Assembly (NCBI GenBank): GCA_964506575.1
Contig: CAZDLY010000002.1
Coordinates: forward strand, 64,440 to 128,439
Origin: an uncultured Akkermansia sp.
Lineage (GTDB): Bacteria; Verrucomicrobiota; Kiritimatiellia; RFP12; JAAYNR01
Length of the DNA stretch: 64,000 nucleotides
Direction of reading: 5' to 3'
The notes beneath the pieces were generated by a model. The model was not told where the DNA came from. It saw only the letters and a program-made list of their open reading frames with translations, and made no database searches. Both the position numbers and the translations under genes were made by a program. Positions 39,778 to 49,991 of the stretch are shown here, one piece after another. Position 1 is the first letter of the stretch, and every line of letters begins with the position of its first letter.

Positions 39778-41151
39778 ATGACAGCGAGGTTTCTCAACAG
39801 GGATGATGAACAGAAGCGGCTGAAGCGGGCCATGAAAGCCCCTGGCGGCGCTCTGGCGGTCATTTACGGTCGGCGTCGCTGCGGCAAATCAACGCTCCTG
39901 CAGCGCGTGATCTCTGGCCCGGACGTGTACTATCTGGCTGACCAGAAAGAGCCGGCCCTGCAGATCCGCGATCTGGCCGCAGAAATCGACAAAACCGTGC
40001 CTCATTTTTCCTCTGCCGGTTATGCCACATGGGATTCCTTGTTGCTGAACCTCAATGATCGCCTGGATCGGCGAATCTCGCTGTGTCTCGACGAGTTTCC
40101 GTACCTTGCCCAAGTGTCGCCGGCTTTGCCCAGTATGTTGCAGAAGTATATTGATCGTCCTGGAATCAAGAGACTGAATTTGATTTTGTGCGGGTCATCG
40201 CAACGGATGATGCACGGACTGGTCCTGGATCGAACCGCGCCGCTTTACGGACGTGCACTCGAAATTCTAAAGATTGAACCCCTGCAGGCGGGCTGGATTC
40301 GCGACGGTCTGGGGCTTAAAGGCGAGAAAGCGGTCGAGTCCTATGCTGTCTGGGGAGGAGTGCCTCGCTATTGGGAATTGGCGTCGCCGTTCGCCGGGTT
40401 GGATGAGGCGATTCGCGAGCTGGTTCTGGATCGCAACGGGGTGCTCCACGAAGAACCGATGGGGTTGCTTTTGGACGACATGCGCAGTGCCGTTCAACCC
40501 TATTCCCTGTTGTCCGTCATCGGCCAGGGGTGTCACCGGCTATCCGAGATCGCCGGACGGCTTGGGAAGCCCGCCACGAGCCTGTTACGGCCTTTGATGC
40601 AACTTGCGGATCTGGGCTATGTGCGGCGGGAAACGCCATTCGGCGAGAATGAAAAGTCGACGCGGAGGACGCTCTACAAGATTCGGGATCCGTTTCTCTT
40701 GTTCCACTTCAGATTCGTACAGCCCAGCAAATCGCAACTTGAGGTCGGCGGAATCTCGGCGGTCGCGGCTAAAGTCAACAAACAGTTGTCGCTGCATGTG
40801 TCGGTTATCTGGGAGGAATTGGCCAGGGCCAGTGTTCCGCACTCCGGGATTGGCGGGTATGAATGGGGTCCGGCCCGCCGGTGGTGGGGGACTGGAAACG
40901 ATGGCGTACCAATGGAAGTGGACGTTGTGGCCGAGTCTCTGGATGGGAGCGCGGTCATGGTCGGCGAGGCCAAGTGGAACGATGCCGAAGTCCACCTCGG
41001 CGAGGCGAGAGCCCGGCTGGAGGCGGTGGCGAGGAACGCCCCATGGGCGCATGGGCGGATTGTGGTTCCGGTTTTGTGGGTCAAACGTGGCCGGCGAAGC
41101 CCAAACTTTCACATTCAGACGCCCGACGAGGTGCTGGATTGCCTCAAGTAA
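39778..41151 (+). CDS. AAA ATPase (archaeal-ATPase/ATPase_2-like) with wHTH and a C-terminal DUF234 PD-(D/E)xK-like domain
   Basis: Walker A GRRRCGKST, Walker B ISLCLDEFPYL and a winged-helix-like LSEIAGRLGKPATSLLRPLMQLADLGYV. The C-terminal PMEVDVVAE…VMVGEAKW carries a D…ExK nuclease-type motif. Confidence 0.8.
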   Translation: MTARFLNRDDEQKRLKRAMKAPGGALAVIYGRRRCGKSTLLQRVISGPDVYYLADQKEPALQIRDLAAEIDKTVPHFSSAGYATWDSLLLNLNDRLDRRISLCLDEFPYLAQVSPALPSMLQKYIDRPGIKRLNLILCGSSQRMMHGLVLDRTAPLYGRALEILKIEPLQAGWIRDGLGLKGEKAVESYAVWGGVPRYWELASPFAGLDEAIRELVLDRNGVLHEEPMGLLLDDMRSAVQPYSLLSVIGQGCHRLSEIAGRLGKPATSLLRPLMQLADLGYVRRETPFGENEKSTRRTLYKIRDPFLLFHFRFVQPSKSQLEVGGISAVAAKVNKQLSLHVSVIWEELARASVPHSGIGGYEWGPARRWWGTGNDGVPMEVDVVAESLDGSAVMVGEAKWNDAEVHLGEARARLEAVARNAPWAHGRIVVPVLWVKRGRRSPNFHIQTPDEVLDCLK

Positions 41152-41185
41152 TGAGTGATCCCTACGGCCAGCTTACAGGGGGAAT

Positions 41186-42028
41186 ATGTCAATAGTCTTG
41201 GTCAGCGTCGTTATTCCCACGCGCAACGAGGAGCACAATATTGCCTCCTGCATAGATGCGTTTCGGGGTGCCGTTGCCGAGGGCTGGTGTGAGGTTCTCG
41301 TGGTCGATAACTTTTCTGAGGACGGGACGGTTCAAGTGGCACGCGAGCGGTGTGCGCGAGCCTTCCAGCAGGGGCCGGAGAGAAGTGCCCAGCGTAACAG
41401 GGGGTGGGCCGAGGCGCAGGGAGAGTACGTTCTTTTTGTTGATGCGGACATGCGTCTGCCGTCTGAGACCCTTGAAGAGATCAGAACGGCGCTGTTTCGG
41501 CCTTCGCCCCCGGACGCCCTGTACATCCGCGAGAAACGTACGGGTGACAGTTGGTGGACGCGCGTGCGGAACTTTGAACGCAGTTTTTATGACGCAACCT
41601 GCATCGACGGGTTACGCGTCATTCGGCGCCCTCTCCTGCAGGCTGTTGAAGGGTTTGACGAGCGTCTTTTTGCCTGCGAGGACTGGGATCTGGACCGGCG
41701 CATCCTGGCGGTCACGCAACATGTGGCGCTGACCAAGGGCCATCTTCTTCATGACGAACAGCGGCTGACCTTCTGGCGGCATCTGCGCAAAAAACGTTAC
41801 TACGCCAAATGTTTCGACGCCTACATCAGCAAATGGGGACGTGACGCGGTCACACGTCGCCAGTTCGGTTTCTTTTATCGCTTTATCGGCGTCTTCCTTG
41901 AGAACGGAAAATGGCGACGGGCGCTTGCGCATCCTGTTTACCTGTTTGCCATTTGGGCAGAGCGGATTTGCGTTGGCGTCATCTATGTTGCCTCCCGGAT
42001 GTTGATGAAGCAACGTGCTTCTGACTGA
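41186..42028 (+). CDS. Glycosyltransferase family 2
   Basis: VSVVIPTRNEEHNI start and the DxD region FVDADM. Confidence 0.85.
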   Translation: MSIVLVSVVIPTRNEEHNIASCIDAFRGAVAEGWCEVLVVDNFSEDGTVQVARERCARAFQQGPERSAQRNRGWAEAQGEYVLFVDADMRLPSETLEEIRTALFRPSPPDALYIREKRTGDSWWTRVRNFERSFYDATCIDGLRVIRRPLLQAVEGFDERLFACEDWDLDRRILAVTQHVALTKGHLLHDEQRLTFWRHLRKKRYYAKCFDAYISKWGRDAVTRRQFGFFYRFIGVFLENGKWRRALAHPVYLFAIWAERICVGVIYVASRMLMKQRASD

Positions 42029-42045
42029 TTCTGTAACCCTTTCTT

Positions 42046-43206
42046 ATGGCGACACCAATAATGAAAGTAATTACCCGGCCTTTAGGTGTGCTTGTATTGT
42101 CTCAGACTTACCCGCCGGATGTGGGTGGGGTGGAAACGCACTTGTCTGATTTGACAGCAGCGTTTACGAAACATCCGGACTGGCGCGTCTGGATGGTTAC
42201 GTATAAGCCGATTGTCACGGATGTGAACACCTATCATTCATTCGAACAGCAGGGTAATGTGACCATCAGGAGATTCTGGTGGTTTGGCGGAAATCTTTTC
42301 CGCAAATTGGAACCCTGTCCACCTCTGATGTTCCTTTATATCGTACCTTACTTCATGTGTCGTCTGTTCTTCTACATCTTGCCGAGGATGAAAGAAATTG
42401 ATGTCATCCACGTCCATGGAATCAACATGGCCGTTGTAGGATGGGTCTTCGGCTCACTTTTTCATAAACGGGTTGTTTTTCAGTCCCATGCGCTTTATGC
42501 GTTCAAGCAGGGAAGTGCCTTCGCGAAAGTTGTCGCCTTTCTATTGAAGCGCATGAATGCGATCCTCGCGCTTTGCATGGCATCCAAGGAGGAATTCATC
42601 ACTCTTGGCGTACCGGCGGAACGGATTTCCGTTTACCGATACTGGATTGACTTGAAACGTTTCACCGCGAATGAGCGAACGCCAAACGATGTGTTCACGG
42701 CGTTTTTTGTGGGGCGCCTCATCGGTATCAAGGGCGAAGATTGGGTCATTGAATTGGCGAAGCGCTTTCCTGATATTCTATTTAAGATAGCGGGCGGCGG
42801 TCCCAACGAGAAGAAGGTCATTGCCGCCGCAAAGCAGATTGCCAACCTCGACTATCTTGGGCTTATTCCCAATAACCAACTGCACAATTATTATCGTACG
42901 GCGGATGTGCTGCTTGTCCCCTCACAATACCCAGAAGGTTTCGGACGTGTCATCTGCGAGGCGCTCGCCTGCGGCACGCCTGTCATCGCATCCAATATCG
43001 GTGGCATTCCCGATGCGATGGACAACACGGTCGGCGTGCTGTGTGATTTGGATATCGAGAACTTCGTAGCGGCATTGCTTCAGATGAGCGAAGATAGGGC
43101 CTGGCATCGGGCTTTGAAGGCGAATGCCCGCCTGTTTGCGGAGCGACAGTTCAGTGATCGGAATGCGGAGGCCATTATGCAAAGTGTGGAGGGTGAAAAT
43201 GTCTGA
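42046..43206 (+). CDS. Glycosyltransferase family 4 (GT-B)
   Basis: PPDVGGVETH N-terminal motif and C-terminal EGFGRVICEALACGTPVIAS motif. Confidence 0.85.
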   Translation: MATPIMKVITRPLGVLVLSQTYPPDVGGVETHLSDLTAAFTKHPDWRVWMVTYKPIVTDVNTYHSFEQQGNVTIRRFWWFGGNLFRKLEPCPPLMFLYIVPYFMCRLFFYILPRMKEIDVIHVHGINMAVVGWVFGSLFHKRVVFQSHALYAFKQGSAFAKVVAFLLKRMNAILALCMASKEEFITLGVPAERISVYRYWIDLKRFTANERTPNDVFTAFFVGRLIGIKGEDWVIELAKRFPDILFKIAGGGPNEKKVIAAAKQIANLDYLGLIPNNQLHNYYRTADVLLVPSQYPEGFGRVICEALACGTPVIASNIGGIPDAMDNTVGVLCDLDIENFVAALLQMSEDRAWHRALKANARLFAERQFSDRNAEAIMQSVEGENV

Positions 43207-43849
43207 TTCTGATTTTTACAACGAGTATTGGAAAGGCAATATACAGGGTGGCGTTTTAAATGAACCTCCGACTTGGACAGAGGATAACTTGAAATGGCAC
43301 CTGGATTATTTCAAACCGTTTTGTAACGGGGATGTTCTGGATATTGGTGCTGGAAACGGATGTTTTGTTCATGCTATCAAAGAACAAAACGCCAACATTA
43401 AGACCGCGACAGCGCTAGAACTTTCAACTGTCGCCATAGAGCAGGGCCAGAAAGCATTCCGAAACATACAATTCAGACAGGGAAGTTGTGATGACATCCC
43501 CTTCAGTGACGCAACATTTGACACTGTTTTTGCGATTGAGGTTGTTGAACATATTCTGGATATCGACAAATGTCTCTCCGAGGTGTATCGGGTACTAAGA
43601 CCCGGCGGTTATTTTGCCGTGACAACAACCGATTTTAACTGGCTTAAGCAAGTAGTAATCGCCATGTTCTTCTGGGAGAAGTTTTTTTATCCCAACAATC
43701 CACACATTCGGTTTTTTACCCGCAGAACATTGGCTGACCTTGCAAGAAAGCACGGATTAATCCCCGTCGCACATAAATGGAACAGAAGTTATTTTGGAAT
43801 CATGCCCAAAGGGCAGATGGCGGTATTTCAGAAAGAAGCATCCACATAA
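43199..43849 (+). CDS. Class I SAM-dependent methyltransferase
   Basis: VLDIGAGNGCF motif I and FDTVFAIEVVEHILD. The start at MSDSDFY overlaps the upstream gene by 8 nt. Confidence 0.85.
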   Translation: MSDSDFYNEYWKGNIQGGVLNEPPTWTEDNLKWHLDYFKPFCNGDVLDIGAGNGCFVHAIKEQNANIKTATALELSTVAIEQGQKAFRNIQFRQGSCDDIPFSDATFDTVFAIEVVEHILDIDKCLSEVYRVLRPGGYFAVTTTDFNWLKQVVIAMFFWEKFFYPNNPHIRFFTRRTLADLARKHGLIPVAHKWNRSYFGIMPKGQMAVFQKEAST

Positions 43850-43852
43850 TGC

Positions 43853-44803
43853 TCAACGTGAATGTCCGAACAAATAACTGTTTTCTCCCATGTGTGTAAT
43901 CCGTTGCTCGACCCATGCCACATCCTCTCTTGTTTTCGTAAACCTTTCGAAAAACGCGACATTGTCAATTTCGTTAAATCGATACTGGTAGGCAATAAGA
44001 AAGTAGTTGATATTTATCAACAGCGGCACGAGTTGCTCTCGTATTGAGATTGGCGCTTCACTTAATGACCATGTTGCTATAAACAAACACTTTCCCGACT
44101 TCATGTTATATCCAAGAGCCCGCCGAAGTTGGTCCATATCCGAAACGCAAAGAACACCTCGGTCAGCCAAAAGAAATTCATCTAACGTCAGCACGGGTAA
44201 TCCAACTGTCTTAAGATAATAATTCTGTAGCGCAGAGAAAGCGGGAAGATCAAAAATAATATATTTCCCTGAGTATCCGAGCCGATGTACGAGCCGACAT
44301 AAGCAACCATAGCCTCCACCAAACTCAAAAATAACCTCCATATTTTGAATCTGTTGCTGAGTGTGATTTTCAAATGCAGAAACATGATATGCCAAGTGAA
44401 TAATATTTGTGCTGCTCCGTGGATAAAAGACGCATCGGATCGGATAACCTACGTCTGACTCTGCAATTGCTTCATACCAGCGTGATCTCCAGTCCACAAG
44501 AAAGCGTAGGCGGGCCAACTCCTTAAGGACATAAGGTTTGATGACAGGGAACATCGTATATAATACAACATCCCAGCGAAGAAACTTTCTTGGATTATCA
44601 TTTGTAACAAGATCTTTAAGGCGGTTCATGTTAGATAACCATTCCCGCTCCGAAGACTTCGGCAAATCGCCTATAGAAGTAAAAGGGATCGACTGAAAAG
44701 CATCTTTCAGTTCAGACAAGAACTGAGATTCCCTTTCTGTGGCAACCGGTAAACGGTTTGAACTAATTAGGCCGAGAAGTCGAATTATCAGTTTTCGGAT
44801 CAT
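43853..44803 (-). CDS. Hypothetical protein, possible methyltransferase-like (Gly-rich FEFGGGYG loop)
   Basis: 316 aa in a very low-GC stretch. It has a VIFEFGGGYGCLCRL…IIFDLP pattern resembling SAM motifs I/II. The family is not securely recognised. Confidence 0.45.
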   Translation of the reverse strand: MIRKLIIRLLGLISSNRLPVATERESQFLSELKDAFQSIPFTSIGDLPKSSEREWLSNMNRLKDLVTNDNPRKFLRWDVVLYTMFPVIKPYVLKELARLRFLVDWRSRWYEAIAESDVGYPIRCVFYPRSSTNIIHLAYHVSAFENHTQQQIQNMEVIFEFGGGYGCLCRLVHRLGYSGKYIIFDLPAFSALQNYYLKTVGLPVLTLDEFLLADRGVLCVSDMDQLRRALGYNMKSGKCLFIATWSLSEAPISIREQLVPLLININYFLIAYQYRFNEIDNVAFFERFTKTREDVAWVEQRITHMGENSYLFGHSR

Positions 44804-44808
44804 GTGAG

Positions 44809-45846
44809 TTATTCTCCCTTAAAAGAACCCGCATGGCGAATCATGGCTAGAAGTCGATATCGCTCAAAATACGGGAGACAAATCCATGATATGCTTTTCA
44901 ACATAGCATATCGTTTTTTCCTCAATAGTTCTAATAAGATCACTTGATGAATAGACCGTTTAATATCGCTGAACACCTCAATATCAACAGCGGCAAGCAA
45001 TTTTGACAAGTCAGCAAAAAGCGTTCTCGAACTCCTTCCACGCCCTCCGATCATGATGCAAACCTGTAAGAAACCAACAACGGATTGTAATAATAAAGAT
45101 TTTCGCTTCTGGTCAGGCACTCGATGCTTTTGCATGGCTGATGAAAGCGCCTTTATTGCTGTCAAAAAGTTGGCTACATATGAACTTGATACAGTGCGGG
45201 AAGTCGATTCTTGATTTTCACGTATGGCGTACAATACAACATCACAATACGCCCATGTCTTGACTTGATAAGCTAGTTCATACATGAATACAATGTCTTC
45301 GCCACCAGAAATTTCGGGTAGAAAGATGCCAATAACGGCTGCTGTCTTGAAAATACGTTGCCAAACAAAACAAGAATATTGGCCGCCTCCCAGTATAAAT
45401 TGCTCCGGATGAACGATAGAAACAGGTCGGACTTCTAATGACCGAACATCAATTACAGCAGGCTTGAATTTGCCGTAGTAGACGCGTGTCCGCTCAAAGG
45501 TCAGGATGTCGGCTTGGGAGGCTTCAATAAGGGTGAGGGCGACTTCAAAACATTGCGGATGCAGCCAATCGTCCTGATCGGCAAACATGATATACGGCGT
45601 TTTCACATTTGCCAGACCAACATTCCGAGCCGAGCCCGTCCCTCCATTTATTTTCGTTATAAGCTGGAACCTCGGATCGCGACTCATAAAATCGCGAATG
45701 ATGACTTCAGAATCATCCGTACTTCCGTCATTGACGCACAGGCAGGTCCACGCGGAATACGTCTGCGCACAAACCGTTTCCAGCAACTCCGCGAGATAAC
45801 GGCTCCCGTTATAAACAGGAACGATCACTGTTATTTGAGGCTGCAT
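44809..45846 (-). CDS. Glycosyltransferase family 2
   Basis: ITVIVPVYNGSRYL…VNDGSTDDS…FADQDD motifs. Confidence 0.85.
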   Translation of the reverse strand: MQPQITVIVPVYNGSRYLAELLETVCAQTYSAWTCLCVNDGSTDDSEVIIRDFMSRDPRFQLITKINGGTGSARNVGLANVKTPYIMFADQDDWLHPQCFEVALTLIEASQADILTFERTRVYYGKFKPAVIDVRSLEVRPVSIVHPEQFILGGGQYSCFVWQRIFKTAAVIGIFLPEISGGEDIVFMYELAYQVKTWAYCDVVLYAIRENQESTSRTVSSSYVANFLTAIKALSSAMQKHRVPDQKRKSLLLQSVVGFLQVCIMIGGRGRSSRTLFADLSKLLAAVDIEVFSDIKRSIHQVILLELLRKKRYAMLKSISWICLPYFERYRLLAMIRHAGSFKGE

Positions 45847-47015
45847 AGGTTCACCAGCACATCCGCCGCTGTTTTCCAGTCAAAGTTCTTCGCATACTCT
45901 CTGCCTTCACGAGAAAGCAGGGTTCTCTTTGGAGTGTCCCGGAGTAAATCCGTGATGGCGCACGCCATGGCGGCATTATCCAGATAAGGCACCTTGATGA
46001 CACCCTTTCGGTGATCCTGATAAATCGGCAGATCATACTCCACCACCGGAACCCCCAACGTGATCGCCTCCAGATAGACGATCCCGAAACTTTCGTGGTA
46101 GCTGGGAAACACAAAAACCCTTGATTGGCGTATGAGTTCGCACTTCTCGGCACCACGCTTAAAGCCGACGAGATTTATGGATGTGTCCAATCCAAGTGCG
46201 TTGATCTTGGCAATAACTCGTGATCCAACCGCATTGTGGTAATCACCGATTGCAACACACTTGAGATTGGGAAAACCCGATTGAACAATCCGATGCACAA
46301 CATCCACAAACTCCAAGATGCCCTTCTGTTCGTGAAACCGTCCCAAGAAACACACGTCATATTGCGGATCGGAAACAGGTTCGTGCCCGATCGCATACGC
46401 GGTTACTTCCGGATCCGCACAGTTGCTGATGATCGCCACATGCTGATTGTGTTTCTTCAAAACCGGCACATAGCCACTGTTCACACTAACCAATGCGTCA
46501 GCTTTTCGCTGCAGCACAAAAAAAACACGCTGACTCAGCCAGAAGTATAAGCCCCTGAGCGAGGGGACCGTCCATCTTCCCGGCACGAACTGCCATTTAG
46601 CTCCTTTGAAGGGGTTCGGCGCCAACATGTGGCAGAGCGCCAGCCATTTCATGTCTGGATTCTTCCGTTTCATCCAATAGGCGAACACTACGGACGGAAA
46701 GAAATCGGAATGAGAAATCATCACATGCTGTTCGTCCGGACTCAATCGTTTTACAAAACGCCGAGACTCCCACGTTCTGCAGACCCAGCTCGCCAGGATG
46801 CCGAAACGCTTTTCAACCGCATATTGGCCGATAACAACATAAGCGACATTGGCTCCTACCGCGCCATTCTTCCGAAACTCCTCTTCGCCGTGATCGGGCG
46901 TGTAAATAATATTCTGATGTGTCTTTCTCAACTCACCGATCAACCCCAGCATGCAGGTGTCACCGCCGGACCGCCCAAGGCCCGCTTTTGTGATTTCGAT
47001 GTGATGAAAAACCAT
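45831..47015 (-). CDS. Glycosyltransferase family 4 (GT-B)
   Basis: C-terminal FVFPSYHESFGIVYLEAITLGVPVV motif. Confidence 0.8.
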   Translation of the reverse strand: MVFHHIEITKAGLGRSGGDTCMLGLIGELRKTHQNIIYTPDHGEEEFRKNGAVGANVAYVVIGQYAVEKRFGILASWVCRTWESRRFVKRLSPDEQHVMISHSDFFPSVVFAYWMKRKNPDMKWLALCHMLAPNPFKGAKWQFVPGRWTVPSLRGLYFWLSQRVFFVLQRKADALVSVNSGYVPVLKKHNQHVAIISNCADPEVTAYAIGHEPVSDPQYDVCFLGRFHEQKGILEFVDVVHRIVQSGFPNLKCVAIGDYHNAVGSRVIAKINALGLDTSINLVGFKRGAEKCELIRQSRVFVFPSYHESFGIVYLEAITLGVPVVEYDLPIYQDHRKGVIKVPYLDNAAMACAITDLLRDTPKRTLLSREGREYAKNFDWKTAADVLVNLCSLK

Positions 47016-47041
47016 CGTGACCCTGCCTTTTGATCTTCCTC

Positions 47042-47710
47042 TCAGCGTTTAGGCTTCTTCGCCTCCATAATCAACGACTTTCCCAGACTCGGAAACCAAC
47101 GTGCCAGGCGCACACTTTTCAAGCGGCGCGAAGAAGTGAAATAGACAATATCCGATGTGCATCGACGAATCTCAAATCCGTGGCGCTTCAGAAAATCCTC
47201 CAAAGTGCTTCTAATAAAATAACGGACATGCCCCACCGCTGTCGGATCTGCCGGGCTGTTTTCAATATACGGATTGCGATTGCACAAAAGCAGCGCCCGG
47301 CGTCCCAGTGACGCGAGATTCGGTGTTGTGACAACGAGTGATCCTCCTGGACGAAGCACCCGCAAGATTTCCGTCGCGACATGATCAACATCGCCGACAT
47401 GTTCAATGACTTCCCCCGCAAAGACAACATCAAACGAAGCATCTGCAAAGGGGAAAACCGAGTTCAAGTCAGAGCACACGGCATTTAAACCACGCCCCCG
47501 TGCCTTTTCGACCGCAGGCCGAGACGCATCAATCCCCGACACACGATTTCCCTGTTTAATAAATAATTCACCAATCATGCCATCCAGGCAACCTAAATCC
47601 AACACATCACGATTTGTGCCGATCCAAGGAAGAATGACCGGAAAGCGAGGATCCGTAGTGTCGCACCAAGAATCGACATACTTTTTGCTGTTGAACGTGT
47701 ATGCATCCAT
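47042..47710 (-). CDS. Class I SAM-dependent methyltransferase
   Basis: VLDLGCLDGMIG motif I and FDVVFAGEVIEHVGD. Confidence 0.85.
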   Translation of the reverse strand: MDAYTFNSKKYVDSWCDTTDPRFPVILPWIGTNRDVLDLGCLDGMIGELFIKQGNRVSGIDASRPAVEKARGRGLNAVCSDLNSVFPFADASFDVVFAGEVIEHVGDVDHVATEILRVLRPGGSLVVTTPNLASLGRRALLLCNRNPYIENSPADPTAVGHVRYFIRSTLEDFLKRHGFEIRRCTSDIVYFTSSRRLKSVRLARWFPSLGKSLIMEAKKPKR

Positions 47711-47783
47711 AAATCAATACCTCCCTATTGTTCCCGCCAACCCGTAGCCAGCGATGCAAGGGCTACTGGCTGGCAAGAGCGTC

Positions 47784-49790
47784 TTAACGTGTCTTATCCT
47801 TAGCAACTGCTTGAGCACACTCATGGGCGAATGCCATCCATGGGCTCGACAAAGACGTAGCGAATGTGAGCGTATGCCATCCGGCGGAGAGACTATCTAG
47901 AGGTATTCTAATACAGGAAACATTCATGGCCAACACAAACTGCATACCATCTGCCACAAGATAGTCAGGATTGGGGAGACCTTTAAACTGTTGATGTTTA
48001 GGAATGTAGTATCCTTGTGACTCCGTGATCGGAAGTGGGATTTTGTCTTGAAGAGGCTTCCCGTCCAGTTGAACTCGCATGTCTTGAGTACGATAGGAAG
48101 CCAACTCGAGCGTAAAGGTATAAGCGTTCTTTTTGGCTCCAGGCGGAATATATACGTCGAACGAGCTGGAGTTCGATCCATTCTTAGAAAGAAGCGCAAA
48201 CGTTACCTCTCCTTTAGGGTTACGGAAAGCAACTACCTTTAGCCCAGAGGCTGGCAAGGAAACCGCTTGCCCCGTGGCATTCGCGGTAGAGACAAGCGAA
48301 TCACGAGTACTATAAAAGAACGCAGGTGCCGCGACGAGACCGCCTGGCTCGGGATAAAGATGCGACATAAAGGCCAGATGGAGAAGCCGTGGCCACTGAT
48401 ATTGGAATCTGTTTTCCACACCGAGACGCGCCTCCATAATTTCATCGTACCTTTCCGCATTACTGGCTAAGAGAACAATATCGGGTATTAATCCGCAGAG
48501 TCGTTGCATACCACGAATCCTTGCATCTTTACCCTCTTCCCAGGTCGCTGGCGAAATAAGCGTCCCTTGGTTAGGAATTGTATAATAGCCGCCAAAAAAT
48601 CGGTTTTCATAATAATTAATCGAGATAACGCTACGCTCTATTTCTAAAGACGAGAGATGGTTTTGAAGCTTTTTATACGGTGCGTTACGCCCGTCAGCCG
48701 CAATCAGCCCAATGCACACAAGCATATTAGCACCGAAAAATAACCCCCAAACCAACAAGCCAAGGCCATTGAGAATCCGGTATTTTAACGTCCACGACTG
48801 GATGGCATAAATACCCAGGCCAACCAGAGTCAGCGCGGGCGCTACAGCAAATATCCAGTAACGAGGGGAGGAATACCCATAATCACGAAGATATGTATAA
48901 GTTAAAAATAAGGAAATTGAAAAAATCATTCCTAACGAAAGAATGGCATATTTTCGAAACTCTCTTTTCACCACAAAAAGATAAACAACGCCTGCAACAA
49001 AAGGAACCAAGCCGAACCACCAACCGCCCGTTAGAGAAGGGAAGAGCGGCTTCATATAGCCCAGAATTTGTAGCGGAATCATTCCCAGTTTGTCCCAATG
49101 CAAGGCGCTAGATCCAAGATGCTGAGGGGCTTTTGATGCCGAGACATACATGGGAATATTAATAATCACCGGAATCGCGAGCACATGGATACGATAAAGA
49201 CACGATTTCCATCCTAAATATAGCCAAGTTCCCAAAAAAAATGCAGCAGATATGCCGATCCATATAAAAATTCCAGCAAAATGGACGCTATTATAGAGAG
49301 TTGCTACGCAAATAATGGTGATTGCATCACGGAATCTTAGCGCATCCCACCTTGTAACCATTAGGGCAAAAGAAATTGCAGCGCAGACCGACCAGAGACT
49401 ATAGAATGCCAACTCAGATCCATAATAAACAAGAAATGGGTTTGATGCGACAATCAGACATACAATGCAGGTTGGATTTCTGCCCATAATATGTCGGAGA
49501 GTTACTAGAACGGAACACGTAACTACAGCAGCACACAGGGCAGAAAAGATAAACCCCCCGGTTTCCATGCCGAAAAGCAATTGCCAAGGTCTAAAAATGA
49601 GATAGGCAACCGGGGATTGCGTACAAAAATACTTAAGATGTTCATAGCGAAATAGCTGATCAAGCGTCATACGTTGACCAAAAATACGAAGCATTTCATC
49701 ACACCACAACGCACGTCCAGCAATTCCGCTTGCAAGAATCGAAAGAATAAAAGTTAACCCGGAATAATATAAAGCAGTATACCGTTTCAT
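47784..49790 (-). CDS. GT-C-fold (ArnT/PMT-like) polytopic membrane glycosyltransferase candidate
   Basis: 668 aa with about 12 TM helices and a ~250-aa C-terminal soluble domain. An acidic DE pair lies right after TM1 (RALWCDEMLR), as in the GT39/GT83 families. Confidence 0.55.
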   Translation of the reverse strand: MKRYTALYYSGLTFILSILASGIAGRALWCDEMLRIFGQRMTLDQLFRYEHLKYFCTQSPVAYLIFRPWQLLFGMETGGFIFSALCAAVVTCSVLVTLRHIMGRNPTCIVCLIVASNPFLVYYGSELAFYSLWSVCAAISFALMVTRWDALRFRDAITIICVATLYNSVHFAGIFIWIGISAAFFLGTWLYLGWKSCLYRIHVLAIPVIINIPMYVSASKAPQHLGSSALHWDKLGMIPLQILGYMKPLFPSLTGGWWFGLVPFVAGVVYLFVVKREFRKYAILSLGMIFSISLFLTYTYLRDYGYSSPRYWIFAVAPALTLVGLGIYAIQSWTLKYRILNGLGLLVWGLFFGANMLVCIGLIAADGRNAPYKKLQNHLSSLEIERSVISINYYENRFFGGYYTIPNQGTLISPATWEEGKDARIRGMQRLCGLIPDIVLLASNAERYDEIMEARLGVENRFQYQWPRLLHLAFMSHLYPEPGGLVAAPAFFYSTRDSLVSTANATGQAVSLPASGLKVVAFRNPKGEVTFALLSKNGSNSSSFDVYIPPGAKKNAYTFTLELASYRTQDMRVQLDGKPLQDKIPLPITESQGYYIPKHQQFKGLPNPDYLVADGMQFVLAMNVSCIRIPLDSLSAGWHTLTFATSLSSPWMAFAHECAQAVAKDKTR

Positions 49791-49956
49791 TTGAATTTAC
49801 TTGATAGTGCCGAGATCTTCGGCCTTCTGCGGCTGCCTGACGTCGCCCGTCCAGCACACTGCTGAACTGAGACAGCAGGACACAAGCCAACCGTTTGGCG
49901 TTCATTGTACAGGAGGGGGTGGATAGAATCAACCACCGGTTCTCAATTTCTTTTCA

Positions 49957-49991
49957 CCCCGCTCCCCCCGGTCCCCCCGGCCCCCCCGCCC
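49957..49991. repeat. C-rich tract with C4, C6, C6, C7 runs (G-quadruplex-type motif on the minus strand)
   Basis: ccccgctccccccggtccccccggcccccccgccc, in the 363-bp divergent intergenic region. Confidence 0.8.
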
